Of a DNA stretch of 64,000 bases, positions 28,046 to 37,559 are shown in pieces; within the stretch, counting starts at the first letter, position 1; every line of letters starts with the position of its first letter. The position numbers and the translations under genes were made by a program. The stretch comes from a virus. Under the pieces are notes generated by a model. The model searched no databases. It was not told where the DNA came from and was given only the letters and a program-made list of their open reading frames with translations. Where the stretch lies: IMG/VR virus record IMGVR_UViG_3300046168_000050; one strand, written 5' to 3'.

Positions 28046-28632
28046 CTAGACAGCTCGCTTATTGCAACGTAAATATTTTTATTTGTTTTGCTATGGGTTA
28101 CTTCATAAATGTTTAATCCAAATATTTCACCGATTGGGTAACAATCTTCTGAAACTATAACTTTATCTCTTGGTTTAACAACCTCGTCGAATGTGTCATT
28201 AATAAGTTTTTCACTTAATACCTTATATGATCCTGGAGATAATTTATTATTTTCTAATACAAACCATTCTGTTTGTTCAGACATAAAATCAAGCGGATCA
28301 ATATTAAGTGATTTTTTTATTTCTTTATCGCTGACACCAAACTTTTCTTTTAGTAAGAATAGCGCTGCAGCGTAAGAAGCTATTCTAGACCCACCACCAG
28401 GCACCTTTGCCATAATTTTTTTGATATTAAATACCAGCCTATGAAAAGGAGTATAATAATTTTTATACGTATCCCTATTATCCATAGTATTAAGATCAAA
28501 TGTTTTTAATTTTTTACCGTCTTTATCGATGATACCTTTTTTGTAGGCTTCGGTATCTTCAAAACTTGTAGTAAGAAGCCTTAAGAATCTAAACGTATAG
28601 ACAAGATCACCAGCTCGTTTGACCAATCCCAT
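28042..28632 (-). CDS. T4-like hypothetical protein
   Basis: D..Y..RFLRLL...F....AYK.GIID..G; YT.FHRLVFNIK; YAAAL.L.KE. Confidence 0.75.
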   Translation of the reverse strand: MGLVKRAGDLVYTFRFLRLLTTSFEDTEAYKKGIIDKDGKKLKTFDLNTMDNRDTYKNYYTPFHRLVFNIKKIMAKVPGGGSRIASYAAALFLLKEKFGVSDKEIKKSLNIDPLDFMSEQTEWFVLENNKLSPGSYKVLSEKLINDTFDEVVKPRDKVIVSEDCYPIGEIFGLNIYEVTHSKTNKNIYVAISELSR

Positions 28633-29000
28633 TATATTTTCCTTAATTTGTCTACTACATTCTGATCCATTGTTATATCAGTATACTGATCATTTTTAAT
28701 ATAATTTAAGAAGATAAGAAACGGTTTTAAAGCTGACCAATATCTATCTTCTATTTGATACTCTAGCATTCTCAATGTCGGTTGTACATCAAATACGTTA
28801 AACAATACTATAAGATGATTAAGTATTAATCTTTCAGGCACACTACCATTATTAGCATAACGAAAAAATAAACGTTTAAGATACATAAATCTTTTCATGT
28901 CATTATAAAATTCTTCAGCATCTATACAATTAGGCTTATAGTATTGCTGCATTGCATAAAGCATAAAGTTATCTTCTGACAACTTATCAAATAATTTCAT
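28632..29000 (-). CDS. T4-like hypothetical protein
   Basis: NF.LYAM..Y..P.C...EEF..D.KRF.YLKRL; RLILNHLIVL.NVF. Confidence 0.75.
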   Translation of the reverse strand: MKLFDKLSEDNFMLYAMQQYYKPNCIDAEEFYNDMKRFMYLKRLFFRYANNGSVPERLILNHLIVLFNVFDVQPTLRMLEYQIEDRYWSALKPFLIFLNYIKNDQYTDITMDQNVVDKLRKI

Positions 29001-29041
29001 AACACACCTAATTAGTTTTTATATACTAAATTATATATAAA

Positions 29042-29398
29042 CTATTTACTAAGTACTGTTTTCATTGCTTGTACTAAAGACTTTTTAGACTTTCTACGGT
29101 CAAGCTCAACGCCATTTTCACGCCCGAGCTCTTCAAGTTCAACTTTAGACATGTCTTCTAGTTCCATGTCCATCATAGCAGACTGAATCTTGCCTTCAGT
29201 AATCATATCTTGTACATCTTCTTGTGTTGCTTCTTGCACTATAGGAGCCGCCGCAGGAGTCACGTTGCCATGAAATGCATCGACTTCTGCTTGAGTAAAT
29301 CTAGAAGACTTATATAATTCCCCAGACTTAGGATCTACCCAACCTTTATTTTTATCTGGAACTGCGTGTGCACACCACGCCGGTGGTTTAATTGCCAT
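29042..29398 (-). CDS. protein with C-terminal Rho-N/HeH-like domain
   Basis: LEDMSKVELEELGRE.GVELDRRKSK..L; start placed at MAIKPPAW. Confidence 0.65.
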   Translation of the reverse strand: MAIKPPAWCAHAVPDKNKGWVDPKSGELYKSSRFTQAEVDAFHGNVTPAAAPIVQEATQEDVQDMITEGKIQSAMMDMELEDMSKVELEELGRENGVELDRRKSKKSLVQAMKTVLSK

Positions 29399-29402
29399 AA
29401 TA

Positions 29403-30347
29403 TTATGCCTTTGTTGCTGATGGAATAACTTTACTGTCGCCTGCCTTATTGTCGTTGGTTCTAGCTTTTTTACTGGGTCCAGCATTAGCTGCCTTTTTAA
29501 CATCATCACCTGAAGCTTCAGGGTTATCTTTAACATCCTTTGTAGTATTTAACATATCCTGAGCACCTTTAGATGATTTAGATGCATCATTAGGTTCTTG
29601 TGCGGCTGCAGCACTTTTGTAATGCTCTCCACGCTTTTCCATGATCCGCGTATATACTGGCCATACAGTTGATTCAATTGCAGAAACCTCGTTATCACCC
29701 ATTTTAGCTTTCTTGGTTTCTTTTTTAGGATTAACTACTACTTCGTCCTCTTCGTTCTTAGACGCCTTAGGAATATCAAAAGGAGCTTTCTTCAAAGTAA
29801 CGGCTTTCTTACCCTTTTCTGACGAGGCTGAAGCCTTTGCTAACTTTTTAGCTAGTGCCATGTTTTTACTCTCTTCAACTTCTTCTTTCATAGATTTTTT
29901 ATATAGATCCAATGCCTTTGCGTACTTTGGATTCTTCATCATACGTTTTGATTCACCGTGATCTGGATCATCGTGAGCCATACGAACAGTAGGTTCATCT
30001 AAGTTATGAGTTTTCATATGCTTTTTATATGCATCAAACTTTTTAGGATCAACAGTTTTGCCAAAACTTTTACTCATAGGTCTCATGCTGCGAGAAATTT
30101 CATCCAAACTTGCTTCTTTTACGTCATCAGCAATTGCCTTAGCGGTATCTTTTTTCATAGTAACAGGATATTTTTTACCTGCAAAATTAAAGTGTGATTT
30201 ACCAGCTTTATGTGCTCCAGCCGCTGCGCCGTGGAACGCGGTGCGCTCTGCTGCTTGAATAGTTTCTGGGATCTCAAATTCGTTGAGTTTATTTTCTGCG
30301 ACCTGTTGCAGTGCGGCCGCCATTTTACTAATTGATTCTTGATTCAT
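29403..30347 (-). CDS. Lys/Ala-rich putative internal head polyprotein
   Basis: Repeated (L/I/V)xE sites: KLNE, SLDE, VEE, AIE, IME. Confidence 0.6.
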   Translation of the reverse strand: MNQESISKMAAALQQVAENKLNEFEIPETIQAAERTAFHGAAAGAHKAGKSHFNFAGKKYPVTMKKDTAKAIADDVKEASLDEISRSMRPMSKSFGKTVDPKKFDAYKKHMKTHNLDEPTVRMAHDDPDHGESKRMMKNPKYAKALDLYKKSMKEEVEESKNMALAKKLAKASASSEKGKKAVTLKKAPFDIPKASKNEEDEVVVNPKKETKKAKMGDNEVSAIESTVWPVYTRIMEKRGEHYKSAAAAQEPNDASKSSKGAQDMLNTTKDVKDNPEASGDDVKKAANAGPSKKARTNDNKAGDSKVIPSATKA

Positions 30348-30356
30348 TTTATTTCC

Positions 30357-30641
30357 TTACATCCAAATTTGGGCTGCGATTGCACTGGCGCCAACAGCAA
30401 TGGCAATCCAGAATAATTTATTGATGACGTTAACGGTATGGGCGTTTTCATCACATTTTTTTTCGATGATATCAAGTTTTTCTGAAAACTTGTTCATTCT
30501 AGTCCAGGAGTCATCCCTATACTTATTGTATGAATCCATCTTCTCTTCAAATCTTGCAAGTGTGACTAATGCGTCTGCCATTTTGTCCATCTTATCTTCG
30601 ATCCGGTCGAGTCGGGCTTCCCAGTTAACTTCTACCATCAA
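30357..30641 (-). CDS. coiled-coil protein with C-terminal TM (XhlA/holin-like)
   Basis: RLDRIEDKMDK coiled coil; hydrophobic C-terminus; late promoter upstream. Confidence 0.6.
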   Translation of the reverse strand: MMVEVNWEARLDRIEDKMDKMADALVTLARFEEKMDSYNKYRDDSWTRMNKFSEKLDIIEKKCDENAHTVNVINKLFWIAIAVGASAIAAQIWM

Positions 30642-30666
30642 TAGTTTCCATTTAATTTATTAGTGT

Positions 30667-30674
30667 TATTTATA
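30667..30674 (-). promoter_or_regulatory. T4-type late promoter TATAAATA
   Basis: Exact consensus. Confidence 0.7.
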
Positions 30675-30695
30675 ATATAAATTATTTACTGACAT

Positions 30696-30959
30696 CTAAC
30701 AATTCCAGCGCCTACGTGCTGCTTTACCTCTTTCACCAGTCCAACTTTTTGATCTTGCACAAAACGATTTCCTACGACCAGCCGCCTTAGATCCCTTTTT
30801 TAGTTTACTGGGTTTAGTTGTAACAGCTGTTTGTAGTTTACTACCTGGATTCGCCCGTTTAAACGCATCGACGCCTTTCTGAGTCATACCAGCACCCTTG
30901 TCGGCTGAACGAAAGTGTCCTTTAGAATCTTTTTCTAAAAATGTTTTAAACTTATCCAC
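30696..30959 (-). CDS. basic internal head protein candidate (RRKSFCAR family)
   Basis: CTS-like MDKFKTFLE; RRKSFCAR...RRWNC. Confidence 0.7.
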   Translation of the reverse strand: MDKFKTFLEKDSKGHFRSADKGAGMTQKGVDAFKRANPGSKLQTAVTTKPSKLKKGSKAAGRRKSFCARSKSWTGERGKAARRRWNC

Positions 30960-31185
30960 CGAACTCGTGCCCCGCTACCCTACGCATTTGCTTGTTAAAT
31001 TCAGATTGTGATGGCTTAGATTTATATAGTTTAATAGAAATCTCAGGGCGTTCTTTACCTTTGATTCTCCAGTTATGGCCTTTTTCTTTATGATCAGCAC
31101 TAGTAGTTTTAACAACACGACGTTTGTATCCGGCCTCCCAGGACTCAGACTTTTTTTCTACCATAAACTGCTTAAAACTAATCAT
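30952..31185 (-). CDS. internal head protein candidate
   Basis: CTS-like MISFKQFMVE. Confidence 0.65.
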   Translation of the reverse strand: MISFKQFMVEKKSESWEAGYKRRVVKTTSADHKEKGHNWRIKGKERPEISIKLYKSKPSQSEFNKQMRRVAGHEFGG

Positions 31186-32422
31186 TTGTTTTCTCTTTAT
31201 TCAGCATTTTACGCAGCTTAAGAAGCTTCTCTTTATTGCTATCTGATACCTTTGCTACTTTAGTTGTAGCTTCTGATTTCATAGCATTTTTTACATGCCG
31301 CAGTTTTTGTTGATACTTAGCAATCTCTTGGTCAATAGACGGATTTTTTGCACCTTTTAATTTTTTAGTTTGAAGATCACCGATTTGTCTGCTAAAACTA
31401 GCATGCTTATCTTTTAATTTATTTGCCGGATGTTTAAGATAAGGATTCATGTCTTCTTCAACTGCCTCACCATAAGGTTTTTTAGTAACTGCTTTGCGAA
31501 ACTGCTTGGCTCTCACGTTTGTAGCCATGTCCATACCTTTTTCGCGCCGGCGAATAACATCTTTTTCTTTTGAGATGTCTTTATTGCCTCTTACAATCTT
31601 TGCAGTTGCAGAGTTACGCGCACGATCACTTTGTGCTTTAGCTTTATTATGATACCTATCCATTGCTCCTGGAGTATCTAATACTTCATCAACTGATTCT
31701 TTTTTTCTTTTTATTCCTACAGCGTGTATAGCACCCTTTAAACGGTTATTTGCTTTTCTTGTACCGCTGAAAGCATCATCACCCTTTGTTTTATCTAAAT
31801 AAGATTGGGCGGTTTTTTTAGAAATTTCGTTAACTTCTTCTTTCATATCTTTAACTTTACCATTCTTTAAATGGCGCTTAATAGTTTTACCAGCTTTTGT
31901 TTGCATAGTTACAATATGACCACCATCTGGGTGAGGCTTACTATTGATGATTTTCATTTTGTCACGCTGCCCGGCATAAGTATTAGCTTCATTTTTCTTT
32001 TGAGCCGCAATATATTCTTTTCTACTGCACCAATTTTCTCCGGCCATGTCATAAGCGTCGTACATGCAGCTTTCGTTTGTGGGCTTACCATACGTATCAC
32101 CGCATGATTTACACACTTTTTCTTTCATAGAATAAGATTCATTCTTTGGAACACAATTAGGTACCATTTTGTTTCCCTTTTTCTTCATTCCAACTTGCTT
32201 ATGGCTATCCCAACAAGCTTCATCTGTTTTTTTCTTAAAGGTTTCAAGACCTTTTTTACTACCAGCAGCCATTCTGTCAGCTTTATTAGCCTGAGTAGTT
32301 GCAATGCGCTTCATACCGCCTTCACTCTTAACTACTTCTTTATCTACAGGAACCATACGAATTTTAGGTTTTCCATCAGGTCCTACATATTTTTCAGGTT
32401 TTCTGTCTGCTGATTTTGTCAT
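31178..32422 (-). CDS. modular basic polyprotein, putative internal head protein
   Basis: Short modules (e.g. ACWDSHKQVGMKKKGNKMVPNCVP) separated by xxE sites. Confidence 0.65.
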   Translation of the reverse strand: MTKSADRKPEKYVGPDGKPKIRMVPVDKEVVKSEGGMKRIATTQANKADRMAAGSKKGLETFKKKTDEACWDSHKQVGMKKKGNKMVPNCVPKNESYSMKEKVCKSCGDTYGKPTNESCMYDAYDMAGENWCSRKEYIAAQKKNEANTYAGQRDKMKIINSKPHPDGGHIVTMQTKAGKTIKRHLKNGKVKDMKEEVNEISKKTAQSYLDKTKGDDAFSGTRKANNRLKGAIHAVGIKRKKESVDEVLDTPGAMDRYHNKAKAQSDRARNSATAKIVRGNKDISKEKDVIRRREKGMDMATNVRAKQFRKAVTKKPYGEAVEEDMNPYLKHPANKLKDKHASFSRQIGDLQTKKLKGAKNPSIDQEIAKYQQKLRHVKNAMKSEATTKVAKVSDSNKEKLLKLRKMLNKEKTND

Positions 32423-32423
32423 T

Positions 32424-32681
32424 TTAGCCTCTTACTTTCGCTGCCAGATCTTTGTCTGCTTTTCCCCATGTACCAGATGATTTGGTAACAAATGAATTTA
32501 CTCTTGCATGTCCCCATTGTGATGGAGTAGTACCCGGCCGATGACCGGTTTTCCACGCGGCTACACCTCTATTATAAACCTGACGAAGAACGCCTAATGG
32601 CATGCCAGTTTTTTCTGCTTTCTTTTTTAAAGAAGCTGTCGCATCTTCTGCAATATATGCTTTAAAATTAATCATCGCCAT
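32424..32681 (-). CDS. internal head protein candidate
   Basis: CTS-like MINFKAYIAE; QVYNRG.AAW..GHRPG....W..ARVNSF. Confidence 0.7.
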   Translation of the reverse strand: MAMINFKAYIAEDATASLKKKAEKTGMPLGVLRQVYNRGVAAWKTGHRPGTTPSQWGHARVNSFVTKSSGTWGKADKDLAAKVRG

Positions 32682-33819
32682 ACATCTTTCTATATTTTAT
32701 GGTGTGTTTAGATAATCTTGTTTTTGCTTTTGCATCACCAGGCGCAGGCTTATATGCCTTTGGATCACTATCAGACATTTTTGCCTGTTTTTTAAACTGC
32801 CTATCTCTTGCAATTTTCTGTGCTTTCTTTAGGCCTCTATGATAATTAGCCGGCTGAGAACCTGGCCTATCTTTAATGTCACTATCTTGTGCTTCTGTTG
32901 TTTCACCTGGAGTTATTTTCTTAGCTTTTCTAGTTGATTCGGGCGTACCCCAATCAGGTTTATCCGCATACATTGATGCTTCATTAGTAATATCTGAATC
33001 TATCTTAGACACATCATCAAGCCAGCATCTCCACGTTTCATTTTTTGACTCTACTATAAGATAGTTTGTGCCAAGGTATTTTATATTGCCTACAATACCC
33101 TTTTTAGTTAGTACAACTTTTTCACCTTCTTCAAAAATATTATCTTTAAGATAAGCCTCACGCAGGTCAGAGACGGGCTCTAATTGAATATGATTTTTAA
33201 ATTGTTTTTCTTCTTTTAGCCCTAGCCCAGACCTTACATCATTAAATAATCGTTTTGCGTTTGAATTTGACATATTGGATGGAAGGCTTCTGGCAAACCC
33301 AGTAAAATCATTGGCTACGGCATATTCCCTCTGTTTAGTTCCGGATGCGCCTTCTGCTCCATCAGCATCGGGGTCTCTTTCACCTGCAGATATAATTTTT
33401 ATGCCGCCTTCAAAATTATAAAATCCATGATCACCTTTTTTTCCATTATATTTATTTAAACGCACATCATATTGAGTAACGCGATCTGATCCTGCAACCA
33501 TAACTACCTTCTTATAACCTTGATCATATAAAAATGATAAAGCATGAAAAGGTGTTTTAATTTTATTATTTAAAATAATAGACCGTGCGTGCTTCGGAAA
33601 CATTTTTCTAATATGTTTTACTTTATCTTTATATTGCAACGGATTTTTTTTCTTGTCATTAGATTGTGACAAGAATATTCTATATGGAAATCTCCGTGCT
33701 TTTTTAGATAAAGTATCTAGTAACTTACCATGACCAATAGTAGGTGGATTCATTCTACCAAAGGTAAAATAAACTACATTTTCTTCTTCAACAAGAAACT
33801 GACTAAAACGATTTATCAT
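32668..33819 (-). CDS. HIGH-superfamily (cytidylyltransferase-like) nucleotidyltransferase with CTS-like N-terminus
   Basis: FGRMNPPTIGH, VAGSDR, SAGERDPD, SGTK.R; N-terminus MINRFSQFLVE. Confidence 0.85.
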   Translation of the reverse strand: MINRFSQFLVEEENVVYFTFGRMNPPTIGHGKLLDTLSKKARRFPYRIFLSQSNDKKKNPLQYKDKVKHIRKMFPKHARSIILNNKIKTPFHALSFLYDQGYKKVVMVAGSDRVTQYDVRLNKYNGKKGDHGFYNFEGGIKIISAGERDPDADGAEGASGTKQREYAVANDFTGFARSLPSNMSNSNAKRLFNDVRSGLGLKEEKQFKNHIQLEPVSDLREAYLKDNIFEEGEKVVLTKKGIVGNIKYLGTNYLIVESKNETWRCWLDDVSKIDSDITNEASMYADKPDWGTPESTRKAKKITPGETTEAQDSDIKDRPGSQPANYHRGLKKAQKIARDRQFKKQAKMSDSDPKAYKPAPGDAKAKTRLSKHTIKYRKMYGDD

Positions 33820-33820
33820 A

Positions 33821-34276
33821 TTACCCGCGTTTTCTACCTAATTCTGTTTGACGTATTTTAGGAAGCATTTTTTTGGCCAACCTAGTTATTCTAGGGGCCA
33901 TTTTATCTAAACGCTTTTCAATCTCTTGTTTCCGGGCCGGAGTAAGATCTGCCTTTGAAATACCCTTAGTAAGCTTTTTAGCTATCGCATTACGAGCAGC
34001 CTTACGAGATCTTTTAGCAAGAACCTTAGGGTTAGCAACTTTAGCTGCTGCCTTTTTACGGCCAACTGCTAACCTAGCCTGATACTTTTTCATTGATCTT
34101 GCTTTAGCTCTTCTCTGGGTCATAGTAAGAGCCTCATCAGTAGGTTCTACTGATTCACCGGTATTTCCGGTAGGCGAATATTGTTTACGTTTTTTGGCTG
34201 CTTGCTTAATCAGGTCATCTTCACCTGGCATGTAATCAACAGCCATAAAGTCTTTAAAATTTAAATTCTTTGCCAT
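33821..34276 (-). CDS. basic prohead-core-like protein
   Basis: FKDF N-terminus; DE-ALTMTQRR...; highly basic. Confidence 0.6.
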   Translation of the reverse strand: MAKNLNFKDFMAVDYMPGEDDLIKQAAKKRKQYSPTGNTGESVEPTDEALTMTQRRAKARSMKKYQARLAVGRKKAAAKVANPKVLAKRSRKAARNAIAKKLTKGISKADLTPARKQEIEKRLDKMAPRITRLAKKMLPKIRQTELGRKRG

Positions 34277-35506
34277 TTAGTTCCTCGTTGGCTTATCCCA
34301 TCCCTTTAATATATCTGGTGAAAAATTATTGTATGAAAATTCCATACGATCAATAATTTTTACCGCATCACCACCAAGTTTATCAATTGCTACATAACCT
34401 TCTTCACCGGTTACTTTATAACCGTTACGAGTTTTAACGAAAGTATTGATTTTACTCAATTTATTAAGGTTATTTATAAGTTTTAATTTTGCTAAAACTA
34501 TAACCTTTTGCAAATCAAACATATACTTTAGGCTATCTTTATTACCTTGTGAGAAAAAACTAAGTATTTCATTTAGTTTTTTCTGTTGTGCCGACTTACC
34601 CTTTTCACTTTTACGTTTATCTATTTCTTTCTGATACTTCTGACTAATCCACTTGATAAGTGCGGTGACATGTCTGTTGGTATCTCCAATGATTTGCCCT
34701 TGTCTGACATAGGAGTTATTGAATTGCTCCACAAGCCTGGCAAGCTCTGTATTGGATTCCAGTTGTCGTAGAGTTGATCCGGCGATTTTATTGAATATAA
34801 ACCCAGCTTGCGAAAGATAGTCGCTAACAATTTCGGTATCCTTTTTGCTCATAGTAACATTAGTTAAGTCTCTTAGCATTGCATCTTGAGACCATACACT
34901 TTTAACTGATTTTAGTTTTGAAACATCAACACCGTAAGAAGCTTTCATAGATTCAAAAGTATTACCCTTATAGGTTGTATGCCAGACAATACCAATTTTT
35001 GCAGATTTAACTGCTTCAGCTCCAGCCGATTTACTTGGCAATGCATAAACAATAGTATTCGGATGAAATGTTACATAAGATTCACTTTTTATCTTTTTCG
35101 TCTTGACATCTCCAGGGCCAAATAAAAAGTCTCCTTGTATTACACCTTTAATCCCTAAGGCTGGAAGGTGCTTAAGAGCCAGCTTAAGTTTAACTGCAAG
35201 ATCACCAGAAGTGTCAGCGTCCACGTCAGCATTAGACTTATATACCTTAGGATTTTTATTGAAAATTCCTTTCTTAGCAACAAAGAAATTACCATCGCGG
35301 GGATCAGTGCCAGCAAAGATGGCAGGTGCTCCGTCCCACTTAACACTGACAGATCCATCATGCACTCCTCTTAACATATCTCTCAATTCACGCAAAGCTA
35401 GAATAGCCTGCCTTGTACCCTTAACGCCGCCATAGATAACTTTATCCTCTATGTGCGTCATATGAGTATTTTTACTTTCTTTTATATATGATGTAAAGTT
35501 TTCCAT
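34277..35506 (-). CDS. ligase/capping-superfamily nucleotidyltransferase-like protein with CTS-like N-terminus
   Basis: Motif I SVKWDGAP, QGD, EGYV, K; N-terminus MENFTSYIKE-SKNTHMTHIED. Confidence 0.75.
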   Translation of the reverse strand: MENFTSYIKESKNTHMTHIEDKVIYGGVKGTRQAILALRELRDMLRGVHDGSVSVKWDGAPAIFAGTDPRDGNFFVAKKGIFNKNPKVYKSNADVDADTSGDLAVKLKLALKHLPALGIKGVIQGDFLFGPGDVKTKKIKSESYVTFHPNTIVYALPSKSAGAEAVKSAKIGIVWHTTYKGNTFESMKASYGVDVSKLKSVKSVWSQDAMLRDLTNVTMSKKDTEIVSDYLSQAGFIFNKIAGSTLRQLESNTELARLVEQFNNSYVRQGQIIGDTNRHVTALIKWISQKYQKEIDKRKSEKGKSAQQKKLNEILSFFSQGNKDSLKYMFDLQKVIVLAKLKLINNLNKLSKINTFVKTRNGYKVTGEEGYVAIDKLGGDAVKIIDRMEFSYNNFSPDILKGWDKPTRN

Positions 35507-35511
35507 TATTT

Positions 35512-36321
35512 TTAACCAATTTTTATTTTAGGTTTAATTGTCCCTTGAGTAATAACATCTAAGTGGACATCACTTAATTTTGGTTTACCGACCATTACTA
35601 CTTCTCCTATTTGAGAAGCCGGTGTTTTATTGACCATTAAGATAAGAGGGTTTTTAGCAAGATAGCCATGTGCTGCTTTTACATAAGGTGCTTCTACGTC
35701 TTTTTTCCACATAGGTGCCAGCTCATTGTCGCTTAAAATAGCTTTTATCTGGCTACCTGACACCCCGGCCTTTTCAGTTGCCAGCTTTTTAATTTCAGGT
35801 TTCATGTCGCGTAATCTAAGACCAGCGGAAACCATTTTATCGATAGGAACAGTACCGCCTAATTTAAAGTTCTTAAAAAATCCTTGACTTATATCACCAG
35901 CCTTTACTTCGTAAGGTTTATTACCAATCACGATATCCGCGCCGGCAGATGCCCCACCACCTAGATGCGCGTCGTCTAATATAAAATATAGTGTAGCCTC
36001 TCCTGGACCAACGCCCTTTAGATTATAGCTGTGAAGAATTTTAAACTTATTTAAATTTTCTTTTTTTAGCATGCCTATAACATTGTTTAGCTTGCTAATG
36101 GTAGGTGTACCCTTTAAGGTTTTATCCAAGTCAAACTTAGGAAAGAAATGCATGCGAAACAAATATTGTATTTCAGCCTTATGCTTTAAATTAGTAAAAT
36201 CATTAGGTGTTAAATTAAACGATGTTATCTTCTGAGCGCGTTTTAAAAAATCAGTATCTAAATCTGCTACACTAACCATAGACATCTCCTGTAATGTATA
36301 ATAATTTTTAAAGCGCCGCAT
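35512..36321 (-). CDS. PD-(D/E)XK nuclease-like protein with CTS-like N-terminus
   Basis: GVGPGE...AD.....PYEVK; N-terminus MRRFKNYYTLQE. Confidence 0.55.
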   Translation of the reverse strand: MRRFKNYYTLQEMSMVSVADLDTDFLKRAQKITSFNLTPNDFTNLKHKAEIQYLFRMHFFPKFDLDKTLKGTPTISKLNNVIGMLKKENLNKFKILHSYNLKGVGPGEATLYFILDDAHLGGGASAGADIVIGNKPYEVKAGDISQGFFKNFKLGGTVPIDKMVSAGLRLRDMKPEIKKLATEKAGVSGSQIKAILSDNELAPMWKKDVEAPYVKAAHGYLAKNPLILMVNKTPASQIGEVVMVGKPKLSDVHLDVITQGTIKPKIKIG

Positions 36322-36344
36322 AGTAGCTCCTATTATTTTGGTAC

Positions 36345-36352
36345 TATTTATA
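36345..36352 (-). promoter_or_regulatory. T4-type late promoter TATAAATA
   Basis: Exact consensus at the head of the internal-protein block. Confidence 0.75.
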
Positions 36353-36356
36353 CAAT

Positions 36357-36380
36357 AAAAAAAGAGGCCTAAGCCTCTTT
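36357..36380 (-). terminator. Rho-independent terminator
   Basis: AAAGAGGC-TTAG-GCCTCTTT followed by a T-run. Confidence 0.75.
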
Positions 36381-36387
36381 AATTAAA

Positions 36388-36570
36388 TTACATGCGATCT
36401 ATGTACAACTTATCCTTCTTTTTTACAACTTTATACTCATATTGGTTATAACCAGAGTCTATAAGATCTTGATTAAGATTGCTTACCCACTTTTCATATT
36501 CATCAACACGATCACCAGGTTCAAGAACCCCCAACAATGAGGGGTTCTTTTCATCATTTATAATTTTCAT
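36388..36570 (-). CDS. hypothetical protein
   Basis: Coupled to the DUF932 gene. Confidence 0.55.
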   Translation of the reverse strand: MKIINDEKNPSLLGVLEPGDRVDEYEKWVSNLNQDLIDSGYNQYEYKVVKKKDKLYIDRM

Positions 36571-37524
36571 GCTGCTGTTGCAAACTCTACCGCCTTGTTA
36601 GCGGCGTTAATCTTACGCCCTTGATTGTAACCAAACCACTGGTTATTCAACCGACTCTCTGAGCTACGACCTTGAATGTGGTCAGTCATATATGTTACAG
36701 AGTTAAATGCCTGCCACCAAGTTCCTTGACCGAACTCTGCACCAGGCTGAGTCTCAAGATTAGAAGCTGCTAGTTGAGCTGTGCGTGAGAGGTCCTCAAA
36801 CGCCGACACAGTACGCTGCTCACGGTGTGGGAATACTTCATTGTAATACTGCATTAAAGATTCAGTATTAAAGCGACGAGTTGACAAGAATTCTGCCATC
36901 TCTTTGTACTGAGCAAACTTTTCAGAAGCAAGGCCCATTTGCTCTTTAACCATATCAGCATCGAATGTAGAGCGATGGCCAACTTTTACAAAGTTTTTAG
37001 ACTTTGAGTTTAGAGAAAATGTGAGCGTGTTATTGCATACAACACGAATGGGAGTAAAGCGAATATCAACAGCTTTACCATATTGGTGAGGATTGCTAAA
37101 CAGTAAATAGGAGTCAACTTGGTCTTCGCCGAGAATAGTGAAAGACTCTTTGACTTTTGCGAGAGCGAATACATTTTTTCCATCCTTTAAAGATCCTGCT
37201 ACATTCATTTCCATATCACCGGCCATTACGAAATCTGAAAAGAATTCGAAAGCTTGTGTATTTTGTACTGGATTCCAGTCGTCACCGACCATATCTAAAA
37301 CTGAACCGTCAGAAGAACGAACCAAAGCTTTTTTACCAGGAATTTTTACACCTGATACTGTTTGTACTTCTTCTTTTTCGACTGTCCCAATCAAGACCAG
37401 CTTTTTGCATCATCTGTTCGGGAGTCATGTCATTGCGTACTTCTACGCCAAGACCGTGCCAAGGTACATCGCCAACATACGCGAGTTGAGCTTGACCGTT
37501 AATCATTTCTACTTCGTGTGCCAT
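36567..37524 (-). CDS. DUF932-family protein, split by a 1-nt frameshift near 37387
   Basis: MAHEVE..AYVG..PWHGLG...AGLDW/TVEK...VQN..AF.FF...TPIRVVC.NTL...GT.W.AFN.VT. There is one extra G in TTGGGACA. Confidence 0.88.
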
Positions 37525-37559
37525 AATATAATTCCTTCATTTCACCATTTGATATGTAT

